Shown here: positions 52,550-64,000 of the stretch, in pieces
How positions within the stretch are numbered: the stretch's first letter is position 1
How the letters are laid out: each line of letters begins with the position of its first letter
Assembly (NCBI RefSeq): GCF_006345805.1
Contig: NC_042998.1
Location: forward strand, 79,732,001 to 79,796,000
Origin: Octopus sinensis
Taxonomy: Eukaryota
Reading direction: 5' to 3'
Length of the DNA: 64,000 nucleotides
Notes under the pieces: model-generated
Database searches by the model: none
What the model was told of the DNA's origin: nothing
What the model saw: the letters and a program-made list of their open reading frames with translations, nothing else
Position numbers and translations under genes: made by a program

Positions 52550-54062
52550 TTCTTTAAATGTGTAAATATAGATAAGAACAATCAACTGAAACACAGCGTA
52601 GGAAATATGAATGAACTCATTAATTTGACTGGGCTATGATAATAAATGAAATGATTATTCTGTGTATGTATTCTCCGTTTTCTTTGTATTGTTAAACATT
52701 TTCTCCTATATCAAAAATGATGGAAATCTCTATAGCAGCAACTGGAATTTCAGAAGTATAAGGTACTAATATTGAAGAAGAACCAACAATAAACACTAGT
52801 ATATATACACATGTAGAATTTTCCAGTATCATTAATCGATATAGTGCTAAACTGTTATACACTTGCATAATATATACAAAGGAAAGAACAACTTCTTTCC
52901 ATACAGACTCTTATATATACATATACACACACATCTATATATACATACATATATATATATAGTCAGACACACATATATATGCATGCATACACACACACAC
53001 ACACATATTGAAATATTGAAGACCAATCTCAAGACATTGAGCCTTGCAAAGGAGATGACAAAGAACCTGGACATTCAAGAAAACCTGTCAACCATAGCAG
53101 AAGTGATATCCTAAACCACCTTGGTTAATGCTTGCCTGTGAGGAGCTCTACCTCATGCCAACATGTATCCTCTTCACCCCATCAGCAATCCTCCCCTAAT
53201 ATCCATCACTTCTCAATCACCTGAAAGCAGAATAGGCACATACTACATCCCCCTTCTGTCTCAGTTACCACTTTTTACTTTATCTTCTGCTGCCTGCTGT
53301 CTCCACCAGTCACTCACCTCCTTTCTGTGCCTTCTCCCCCATGCTGTTTGCCATCACTAACACCTCACTTATTAGCTATCACCCTCAATACTTTTGAATA
53401 CCTACCACAACCCTTCTGTTGTATCTCACTCCCTCATTGGCCTCAGTCACCTCTAATTTGCCAACACATACAGTCATAAAGTCTGTATCACCCCACCTCC
53501 AATGTCCCTGGGTATGTCCCAACACATTTTCACGGCCATCTCTTTCACTATCACTCTCTTTTTCTTACTTTCTGTTTCACCTATGCTCTTTATTTTACTC
53601 TCTAACTCATCCTCCTCTCTTTTTCAACTGGAATATTCTTGTATTTACTCTACAGTAGGACACCTATCCCTGTCTCTCTATACCACTAATATCCCATCAA
53701 CTGGCATAAATCCCCTCCCACTCCCTACTACTTTGTCTTTCCAGTTGAAGACGTCTTTGTCTTGTAAGTTACTTGGTGACCCTGTAAATGCTGGTGCCAC
53801 AAAAAAGCACTGGTGCTGGTGCCGTATAAAAGGCACTGGTGCTAGTGTCACATAAAAGGCATCCAGTACACTCTGTAAAGTGGTTGGCATTAAGAAGGGC
53901 ATCCAGCTGTAGAAACTATGCCAAAATAAACTTGACAAATAATAAACTTTCCAATGAATTTTAAACTAAAACGAATTCCATTCACTTAATTTAATGATGC
54001 TACTAACAAATTTCAAGACAAAGACAGAAAAAAAAATTGAGTTTTGTACATCACATTCTTAC

Positions 54063-54232
54063 CCCAAGCATTCCAAAACGCTCGGTAAGTATCCATCCCA
54101 TGAGCCAATCTATATCATACTTGTGGTTCATGATCACTAAAGCATGTTCCTTGCCGATATATTGTAAATCTGAAGGTTCAATGTATAGTACACATTCGGT
54201 TCCAGACCACCATTGTCCAAGGAATGTAAACT
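54063..54232 (-). CDS. AGPAT3/4: AGPAT3/4 coding exon 2 (QFTFLGQWWSGTECVLY...GKEHALVIMNHKYDIDWLMGWILTERFGMLG)
   Basis: 170 nt, cag|...|gtaaga; contains the catalytic NHxxxxD motif. Confidence 0.96.
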
Positions 54233-54404
54233 CTGAAAATGAAGGATACACATATGAATTGCAGCAGATTATAAGGAATGGAAAGATGGGGGAAATTAAT
54301 AAAAAATAGAGGTAGTTTTAATGGATAGAATATGTAAAGGAATAATTAAAATATTACATTAGAAAAATTATTCTCCATCAAGCTATTCTCCCTTAGCTGT
54401 CACA

Positions 54405-54475
<71 letters not shown>

Positions 54476-55412
54476 CATGTGTGCATGTGTGTCTGTGTAG
54501 TACATGTATACACTTGGTTCATAGGATCCTCTGGTCACTGCCATCATGAGAAAATATACAAGGTGACTTGCAATGAATGCTGACAGAGGTCTGTAACAAA
54601 ATTAAGAGACATTTTCATGCAGGTGACGCCTTTGAGTCTGGATAGTATACACTCTGCCTATACCACTAACTGGAATACTTCTTTTTTTATTTTTTTAACC
54701 TGCTGTATCTGGAAGAAGGAATTGTCCATAACCTTTGCAAAACTACAGCCTACAACTTGGAGCATGCATCCATCCACACCCCCACACACATACATACATA
54801 CATATAACCACACACATAGAAACAAACATTACATGCATTCACTTTTATGTATTAAGCTTATCCAAGATACATTCCACAGAACCATTTAGCAGTAAGTAGA
54901 TAAATAAAATGTTTCACTTTTTAAATAAATAAATTTCATAAAAAAAAGGTCAAATTAAAAATAGTTTATATTTAAGAAACAAGAATGCAGAAAGGGCACA
55001 ATTTTTGTGGTATTTATTGCAATAGTTTCTGTCATAATATAAATACAGTACTGACATTTATGTTTACCTAGCAACACAATCCGTAGCAGGTTTAAAAAAA
55101 AAAAGGAAACCAGTTTTGTAGGGATGGATTGGGCAGTTAACATTAAGATTTTTAACATCAAATAATATATCTACCAAATTTTCCAGCCTGACTTGTAGTC
55201 AGACCATAATTTATTGTCAACTTAGACATCAAGACAACTTTGGAACCAAATATATTCCATGTGAAAAGCAACAATATTTGGAAAGATAGTAACAAAGTTT
55301 GTGTGTTTACATTACATGTTTACACTATATATACTATGTTAACTTGCATACTGGAAAATATGGTATCTCATTTATAATATAGAATCAAAAATGAAAGTTT
55401 AATTTTACTTAC

Positions 55413-55593
55413 GACACCACCACAGGTATGCTAAATAGCTGTTGACTTTGCGATAGAGATCTTTATTAAGAGGCCAGAGAACTAAGGTTAGTGACATCAG
55501 GAAGCATGTGATAAAGCCACTGACTAAAAGAATGTAACAAAACAGAAAATGGAGAATGGACCATGTCTTCATTCGTGTCCAAAGACCAGCCAT
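55413..55593 (-). CDS. AGPAT3/4: 1-acyl-sn-glycerol-3-phosphate acyltransferase (AGPAT3/4-type, LPAAT gamma/delta), first coding exon (MAGLWTRMKTW...YLAYLWWC)
   Basis: Acceptor tttcag| at 55603/55602, 9 nt of UTR, ATG at 55593-55591, donor gtaagt at 55412. N-terminal hydrophobic segment then LYRKVNSYLAYLWW. Confidence 0.93.
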
Positions 55594-55979
55594 TGTGATC
55601 GGCTGAAATAGAAAAGGAAAAAGGAGTCTCATTAAAAGATAATTAACAATTAAAAGATAATTGGCTAAAGAAAAAAGTAAAGGAAAAAATAAAAGATTTA
55701 TATTGGTGTTGTAGCATAGTAGGTGATGTGCTGCAAATGAAAGGGGACATTAGCAGGTGATAAGGGAACACTAGTGGAGGATGAAAGGAAGGGAACATTA
55801 GTGGGTGATAAGAGGAAGCGGACATTAATGAGTGATAAGAAGAAATGATGTTAGGTAACAAAACAAGTGATTTGAACATCCTCTCTTTCTCTGTGGCATC
55901 CACTTTTACTCTTGGCAGAGAACAGACACTTGTGATCAAGGGATCCTCAGAAATTCTATCTCCTAGCCAGCATGAACAT

Positions 55980-56239
55980 CAGTGGTTCTCAACTGGGGTC
56001 CATATGACCCGGGGGGCGGGGGGTCTATGTAAGAATTTGTCATTTAAATTTGTGTGCAACAAATTGGTAATGCTTCTACAATGCACAAAATAGTGTACCA
56101 ATTCTTTCTACAGTTCCCAATAATATTTAATTATAAATATAAATTAAGATTTTTTTTAACATTGGATGGCCAAGGGGATCCACTTGAGTAAAAGACAGAT
56201 CAAAGGGGACCGTAGGTAAAAAATGGCTGAGAATCACTA
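55980..56239. mobile_element. hAT (Charlie-like) MITE
   Basis: TIR cagtggttctcaac / gctgagaatcacta (11 of 14 match); TSD not preserved. Confidence 0.6.
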
Positions 56240-59200
56240 AGGTAGAGAATAGAATGTCTCAGGGCTGGACAAGTTCCACTCAGAACTTAAGGAATTTTCC
56301 TTTTTGGAGTCATTTTCCAGCTCGAGGTAAGAGACCTTTCCCATCTTTTATACCACAAATGCAAATATTTTATGATGAGGCAAATTACTTAAAATTAAAA
56401 ACTAATTTATTATAGTGATGAGGGACCTCTACATGGTTGCTAAACCTGCTAGAAGTAGCAGCCAAATCTCCCACAAATCATATGTAGCAAGACCAATTTC
56501 TGTTATGGCATATTCAAAACAATCAAGCTTTTATAGGCACAGCATGTTAATATGGAATGATGGTTGATTTAACTATCATGCCAAGTTTTGAACATTGGTT
56601 GAGTCTTGTGTTGTGATTGGTTGAGTATTGCATGGGATTTGGATTGATGGTCCAATCATGTTGCATGTAATACATTCTCAAACTAATTGGCATGTGCTCT
56701 GGAGCCTACCTTTTCCCATAATTTGGTGCAACAGATTGTTTACAAGCAGAGGGGTGTGAGTTTTGCTGGTTTCCTGCTGTTTTTCACCAGAGAAAAATTA
56801 ATATAACAGAGCACATGTAATCAACGACAACCCAGGCTGAATTATCCAAATGGTGGGTGACTATAACCACCAAAAGTTGTAATGTTTCTTGCTCGATCCA
56901 CTGTACCATTTTACAAAAATAATAAAGTCTCACTGTAATTTTAAAGTTTGTTTCTTTTGCTACATCCATGAGTGAACACACAAAATTATATTGTACAATG
57001 TTAGACATGATTCAGTAGCAAAACCAAGGGAGACTTTAGCCTCATCGTGAAACATACTTTACTGGCTTGAAAGAGGAAGGATACACTGGATAACAAAATT
57101 AAGAGAAGACAGGAATGACTGATATGCTTTGATTGTACATCTGCATATTCAGAGCTCATTTGGAGTTAAACAAAAACAATTACAAGCTTACAGACATGTT
57201 GTTGTTGAATATTCTGTTGGTCAACTCTGACACTGACAAAGTAGTCAATAAAATGGCTGGAAGTAACTACTTTGTAATACTTCTAAAGATCTAATAATAT
57301 GAAGTAAACTTTGCTGTGCAGCAACTACTGCATGATATACAGCATGTCAGATAGTCAAGATATTTCATATTTATATCAATAACAGGCAAAGTAGATTTTG
57401 TTGATGGACATCATTATCATCCCATTATGTCTGTTTTCCATGCTGATAAGAGTTACACAGTTCAACAGGATTCAGTAAATCCCAGTAAAATGTATAGCTC
57501 CAATGTCTCTGTTTTGGTATAGTTTCTAAGGCTTGTGTGCTTCCTAACACTAAAAACTTCACAGAATGTATTGGGTGCATTTGTGATGACACCAGCATGA
57601 TAGTTTACTTTGCTATCGGCAAGACTAAAGAGCCCTCTCAAGCCTTAAATTGGTGATGTTAGATTCAATTTACCAACCAATTAAAGAGTGTACTGGATGC
57701 TGTTTGTGACACCAGTGCTAGTGGGATCACCTCGTAGTTTGCAAGGTGAAAGAGAGCCTCCATGATAGATGAAGCAGATTTAATGTTGTGAGAGGATGGG
57801 GAGAATAAGAGAGGGAACAGCATTGGAGTCAAGGGTGAGGGAAAGAGGAAGTGTAATATCAGGAGTTTATGAAGGAGAAGGAAGACAAAATGGTAATGGT
57901 GATGGGATGGGTTTAGTAGATGGATCCAGCGATGGGTGGGTCAATCTGCTTGTTATGCCAGCATGTGTTGGATAGTCTGGTGGTGCCCAAATCAGTTGGA
58001 TTTGAACTCAGGATATAAAGAGCCAGAAGAAATAAAACAAGTCATTTTTCTGATGCTCTAACAAATCTGCCAGTTCATTACCTTAGTGTAAATTACATAT
58101 TATATAAGTGGTTGTTAATATAATGACAGTATAGGTAATCCTAAGCTAGAGAAAAATAATGTGAAACTAAACAGATCACACATTCTAGACAAATGAGATT
58201 CAGTAATATAGAAAAGCTCAACTTTGATTGATTGCACTCCTCCCTTTCAAGTTCGTGGTTTGATGCCTGAAGTAGGGAATGTTTTAACAAATAAAATTAA
58301 AACAAGAGCATGATGTTCATGCATTTAACTTCTTAAAATTTAGAACTAGCTGAAAAGATTTGGTAGCAAGATAAAATTGAAATAACAGAAGAAAACAAAA
58401 AAATATACATTCATTCACACATCAAAATTAACGTTCTAGATATTTTAGCTGCAAAAGGCATTAACTACTTCCAGTACACCCAAGGACCTACTGGCAGTAA
58501 ATTTCTTTTACAGCTAGTTTAGTGCTTAACATTGGTTTTATAATGTTAATCAGAGAAAAGATTCAGGATATGAATCTAATTCAGATAACATGTGTACGTG
58601 ATCTCATTATTTATTCCTGCCACAGATATTCAAACTGAACAATTAACTGTATTTCTCCAGTCTATTTCTACACAACAAAATGTTACAGATTTGAACTGGT
58701 AGTTCAATAGCTTATCTACACAGCAATTTCCCTTCCTATTTCTCTACCTGAACTTGTATATTTTAAATCCTTGGGATTCATTGGAAGTGTGCCTGGTGTG
58801 TCAAACAGTGCAATATCTCTGAAAACACTCCTCAATTGTTTTTAAAATATGAACTGCATACTTCAGAACTAAAGTTTCAGGATAACATGTCCAAAGTAAA
58901 ACGAGTACAATGGGTTTATTTACATATAACTGTGTCATCAGGAAGTACATGCCCTAAGTAATAAAAGCATAGGAAAAAAAAAATCAGCGAAAATTCAACA
59001 ATTTCATATTGAGTCAGCTTCAAAGAAACAAGACACAGCTGCTTTGAAGACATGGTTGCAAGTGCACAGCTACAGTTTAATGTTGAGCTTATGTTCTTAT
59101 AAGTAGATCATAAACGGAAACTAATAATCAAAAAATTATACACGTTTCTTAAAATAATAATCCCTAAATGCTTATTTAAAAAATTACTTGACAAATTAAT

Positions 59201-61704
59201 TCTTTTATTTAAGAAAATATTTCTAGCATTGATCCAAAAACAATTTTGTTGTAATGAAAGAGAACTACTTAACCTCATGGGAATAGGAATTAATTCTATA
59301 AAACAATATATTTCTAACCTCCATAAAAAAATAATTAGGAGCTTTAATTCCGAGAGAGAACATGAGTATAATAGCCAAACAATCATAATTTTGAACAAGA
59401 TGATTCTCATTAGATTTAATGCAATCAGAACACCATGGACTGTTAATTATATATTATGTATAAACTAGTGTCTTATTCATCATACAACAAGCAACTTTGA
59501 AAGTATACTTTTGCTACCATGTGTAACATGAGGGAATATGATGTACAATAGTTATAATTTAACTTTTATCGAATTTCTTGGTGCTTACTTTTCAAAAGAG
59601 AAATATGCATAACTCTAAGATAAAATTAGATAAAACAAATTACTCATTTGTATAACTTTCCCTATCACTACTCTCCTTCACCTTTCTATGATTCTTTCTT
59701 TCTTACTCTGTGTGTGTGTGTGTATGTGTGTGTGAGACAGAGACAGAGAGAGAATTCCTTCACTCATTATCTACCACCAGGCCTAGTATGTACATTCATC
59801 CTGTGCCTTTTATGTTAATTCTTTCTGTATCACTCTCTTTCTCTCTGCCTCTATCTGTACAATGTGAGATGTGATTGGAGAAATCAACCAACCAGCCAGC
59901 CAACATTTGTGGGTATTATGTATGCTATTATTTGTATCTTCTTTGGATGTGATAGCTGTTTTGCTACCAGTCAGCACTGACCGGATTGTAGACAGTTGAT
60001 AGGGCAGATTTGCGGAGGACCAGTTGCACAAGGGCTAATCATAGACATTAAATGATGATGACAACACACAACTCCCACGCACACATACGTGCATGTATGC
60101 ACATGTGTGTGTGAGTGTGTGTCAGTTGACAGTTTGAATGGTATAAATTTGGAGGTATAAATTTTGCAATCAGAGTACAAGAAAAATTACATTCTTCATG
60201 AACTTTACTAGGTTATAATTCCAAAATTGTTTTAGAGCAAACTTACAAATACTTTTTTTACATAAAATTTAATTCATATTACCTGTAGTGTGTTATATAA
60301 ACATTGTGATAAAACCAAAATTATAATTTCTCAGTTGTTAAGCACACATATTCTCTCTAATGTTTAAAACTCCAAAGTTACTTCAGATTAAGGTAACAAA
60401 CAGTTTGTTTTAAAGAATTAACTAATTGCCCCCATTTGAAACAAATGAAACAAAGAATGTACATACTTTTTCTATACTGATCTCTTTCAGACCACCAATT
60501 CACCATATGCTTAATCTAGAATCAGATATTTTGGTGGTTAATAAAAAGAACTATCCAAATCTAATATTATATATGACTAGACAAGTTACTGAGCTTACTT
60601 CATGAACAACAATGATAAATTAAATAAGAGTAATGAATATGGGGGGAGGTGCAGGAGATAAAACTTACAATAACTAATCTGAGCATTCAACTTTCAAAGT
60701 AATGCAATCTCCAGAAGACCATTACAACCAAGGAACCATAAGTAGTATTTAGTAATTCAGAACCTATCCTTTTGTAATTAGCAAATGTAGAATGACTTAA
60801 GTAGGTTGGCAATGAGACAGCCATTGACAATGACAAGAGAAAGTAGGTTTTAATATCTTCTATACAATCATACTGAAGATAAGGCTTCCTAAAAATATCC
60901 AGAATTAATGTGTGTTTTGTGAAGTACAGTTAGGTGATAATTTGTTAAGTTTCAATAAAAAGATTTCAAAAAAAAAACATAGCCTGAATAATTTACTTAT
61001 TGCTCCAGGTACAGTCATTCCATCTTTATTTTGTTAGACAAACAGCCATAATTAATTTTAACATGGTGTTGATTTTAAAATAATTAAAAGGAAAATCTAA
61101 CAAGTGCATAGAAGCATCCTGGCATGCTAGCTTGCTTATGCATTATCATTAAAGCTATTTAATAACTGTAATACTTAAATAGGTCTATTAAATTATTACA
61201 GCTTGAAACACCAGTTGCTTAGTGAACTTGGAATGACAAAAACAATATCAGCTAAAATGAGAACTAAAATGACTAAATGGATGACTTAAACTGGAGTCAT
61301 CATCATCACCATTATTACCATCGTCACTTAACATCCATGTTCCATGCTGGCATAGGCTGGACAGTGAGAGGATCTGATGGGTTCAAGGATTGCATTGTGT
61401 TCCAGTGTCTGCTTTGACATGATTTCTTTGACTGGTTGCACTCTGGCTATCATGGTAGTTTGATCAACATGAGCAGAATATTATTGGAAACACTGATAAC
61501 AAACAGAAGCATCCATGTACTTCAACCTTGCATCTATAACAGGTTAATTACTATACTCCTCTTACTTATTAGATAAGCTGCAAAGAATAGGCCTTGACCA
61601 TACCATTTTTACATTTATTTAAACTAACAAGTAATTCTTGTGAGATTAGTGCATTTAAGTTACAAAATAAATTGTTGTGTGAATGGCTGAGGAAAATTCT
61701 ATAA

Positions 61705-61850
61705 CAGGCATGGGCAACCTTTTTAAGAAGTGGATTACATGAGACATAGTTCATAATTAGGTGAGCCATACTACTTAAAAATTTTAAGGTTTATTTTTCA
61801 TTAAGTATGCCATTCAATAAGTCTTGGAGGCCGAAGGTTGCCCATGACTA
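61705..61850. mobile_element. hAT (Charlie-like) MITE with 8-bp TSD
   Basis: TIR caggcatgggcaacct / aggttgcccatgacta (14 of 16); TSD ttctataa / ttctagaa (7 of 8), TCTAGA-type target. Confidence 0.85.
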
Positions 61851-62537
61851 TTCTAGAATGATGCAGTACAGGAGAAGAAGTGAAGAAAATGCTTCATGTG
61901 TTCACAGTCAAATAAATGTAAAAAAAAAAGAATTGTTACAAATTAGGTTTGCTTTCAATTAATACAAATGCACTTCTATTAAAACTTGTTCAGCCATATA
62001 TCTGCTATAAAAGTATGATAAAAAGTTCAAGGATACTTACTTCTACTAGATTCTTTTAAGTGAAGACAACCACAAGAGACTGCTTGTGATTCAGCACACA
62101 TACAATAGATCATCTGTTCTCAGAGAGCATCAATCAGTAGCTGTTGAAATTTGAGATCATTCTGATTGTCATAATTTCTTTCAGTATGCATCATTTTTAG
62201 GATTTATGTTTCTTAAAAGTTATCAGAAATTTCTGAAATTCAAAAACAGAAAAGATCATATCTTTAAAAGCCCAGGAGAAGTTGTTAATACAGTATGTTA
62301 TTTTCAGAGATATCTAACTTCATCATGAGGGTGTGTATTTTACAAGATGTGTATTTATATAAGTTTGATCAGATTGTTATCTGATCACTTCTGTACAGAC
62401 TAGATTATTGCTGGAACCTTTATTTCTAAAATAACATTAATAACATTTGAATATGAAGTGGGGTGGGTACACATCCAAAAATAAAACACCCAATAACAAT
62501 CAGAGAGTGAATCATAGTGTATGTGTGTGTGTGTGTT

Positions 62538-62573
<36 letters not shown>

Positions 62574-62616
62574 ATACATATATATATATACATACTCACA
62601 CTCTATATATATGTGA

Positions 62617-62663
<47 letters not shown>

Positions 62664-62711
62664 ATACATAATACATATATATATATACATACTCACACTC
62701 TATATATGTGA

Positions 62712-62757
<46 letters not shown>

Positions 62758-63332
62758 TATATATATATGTACACGCTCTAAAGAAATCAGTATAATCTTA
62801 CTAAGACAATATAACCACCTAATGAGAGAATTTGCTAGCAATTTAATTGTACTTGATTACTTTATTTTCTGTAAGCCAATAATATCTAAAAACAGAGGGA
62901 TGTGAATCATGCTAAATTATCAGATGTTATTTGTTTTCATATTGATAAGACGCAGAAACAAAGTAATATGGTTTCCAGATGTTTTAACAGATATCCACTT
63001 ATTTTCAAAAGTGTTGATATCCACTTATTGAGTTGTTGTTGATAGACACCAGCTGTTACACATCACCCCAATTTTTGTGTGTTGGCATCATGCATTGTAG
63101 TCAATTGCAATAGATGTAAATAAAATATAGGAAGCTGTGTACATTTTATAAACAATCATTACACACAACACACATACACCCGCATGTTTGTTTCTATAAG
63201 CAGTTACAAATAAAAATAGTCAGACATAAAATTGCAGGACCATTCATTAGCTTACAGTATAGAGATATATATTTTACTTTTACAAGGAAAAGGTTTGACA
63301 GACTGTGATATATAATAAAAAAAATAATAAAT

Positions 63333-63828
63333 GCGCCCTTTTAAAGCCTAGCCAGGCTCATGGGCCCGGTTTCCCAGTTTCAATGGTGTATGTGTTCCCC
63401 AGCTGGACAGGACGTCAGTCCAACGCAGCATTACTCATTTTTGCCAGCTGAGTGGACTGGAGCAACATGAAATAAAGTGTTTTGCTCAAGAACACAACGC
63501 GTTGCCCAGTCCAGGAATCGAAACCACAAACTTACGAGCATGATGCTGACACCCTAACCACTAAGCCACGCACTTCCACTTTCGCCCTTTTAAAGCCTAG
63601 CCAGGCTCATGGGCCCAGTTTCCCAGTTTCAATGGCATATGTGTTCCCCAGCTGGATGGGATGCCTGTCCATCGCAACATTACTCATTTTTGCCAGCTGA
63701 GTGGACTGGAGCAACATGAAATAAAGTGTTTTGCTCAAGAACACATCGCGTCATCTGGTCCAGGAATTGAAACCACAATCTTACGATCATGATGCTGACA
63801 CCCTAACCACTAAGCCATGTGCCTCCAC
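63333..63828 (-). mobile_element. Head-to-tail dimer of SINE family C flanked by an 11-bp TSD
   Basis: Copies at 63333-63579 and 63583-63828; gtgatatataa at 63305-63315 and 63829-63839. Confidence 0.85.
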
Positions 63829-63863
63829 GTGATATATAACATTTGTAATTTATATAGCATATA

Positions 63864-64000
63864 GTGAAGGTGCATGGCTCAGTGGTTAGAGCATCGAGCT
63901 TACAATCGTGAGGTTGTGAGCTCGAATCCTGGACCGGGCTGCGTGTTGTGTTCTTGAGCAAGACACTTTATTTCACATTGATCCAGTTCACTCAGCTGTA
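63864..64000 (+). mobile_element. SINE family D 5' part (runs off the window)
   Basis: Box A tggctcagtgg and box B gctcgaatcc, then the cttgagcaagacact domain. Confidence 0.85.

Noticed and set aside
52990-53700. Possible Penelope GIY-YIG remnant followed by a CT-rich tract
   Set aside because: No diagnostic motif could be read in any frame; only a generic decayed repeat.
59108-59468. Antiparallel 100-aa and 79-aa ORFs
   Set aside because: AT-rich I/L/N/K-biased sequence with no motif or splice support.
63864-63945. Possible tRNA genes at SINE heads (also 42116, 43766, 46942)
   Set aside because: Box A/B are present but there is no closed acceptor stem, and each continues into a SINE body.
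55603-64000. 5' non-coding exon and promoter of the AGPAT gene
   Set aside because: The first coding exon has a clear acceptor, so an upstream exon must exist, but no promoter or exon could be identified in the window.

Overview
AT-rich, microsatellite- and retroelement-dense animal genomic DNA. The repeat families and intron style point to an octopod cephalopod (Octopus sp.); this is inferred, not database-checked. Two spliced genes face each other tail to tail. (1) The last four coding exons of a sideroflexin-2-like gene on + (786-7923, ending YFNKGL*). (2) A complete 8-coding-exon, 378-aa AGPAT3/4-type lysophosphatidic acid acyltransferase on - (ATG 55593, stop 22123). All of its introns are GT-AG, the frame is continuous, and it has NHxxxxD and EGTR motifs; its 5' non-coding exon/promoter was not found. 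Introns and intergenic DNA hold several tRNA-derived SINE families, a decayed ~3.2-kb RTE LINE with a PHD finger, CR1/Tx1 fragments, a mariner remnant, hAT and piggyBac-like MITEs, and a probable solo LTR. The most notable unexplained signal is a tRNA-headed SINE carrying a Penelope-type minimal hammerhead ribozyme core (46684-46942, -), in sense orientation ~290 nt upstream of AGPAT exon 3. Others are a 139-bp near-perfect foldback hairpin, young inverted SINEs flanking a frame-preserving exon, a direct-repeat-bounded ~1-kb element and a TSD-flanked SINE dimer. Nearly all ORFs in the supplied track are microsatellite or repeat artefacts.
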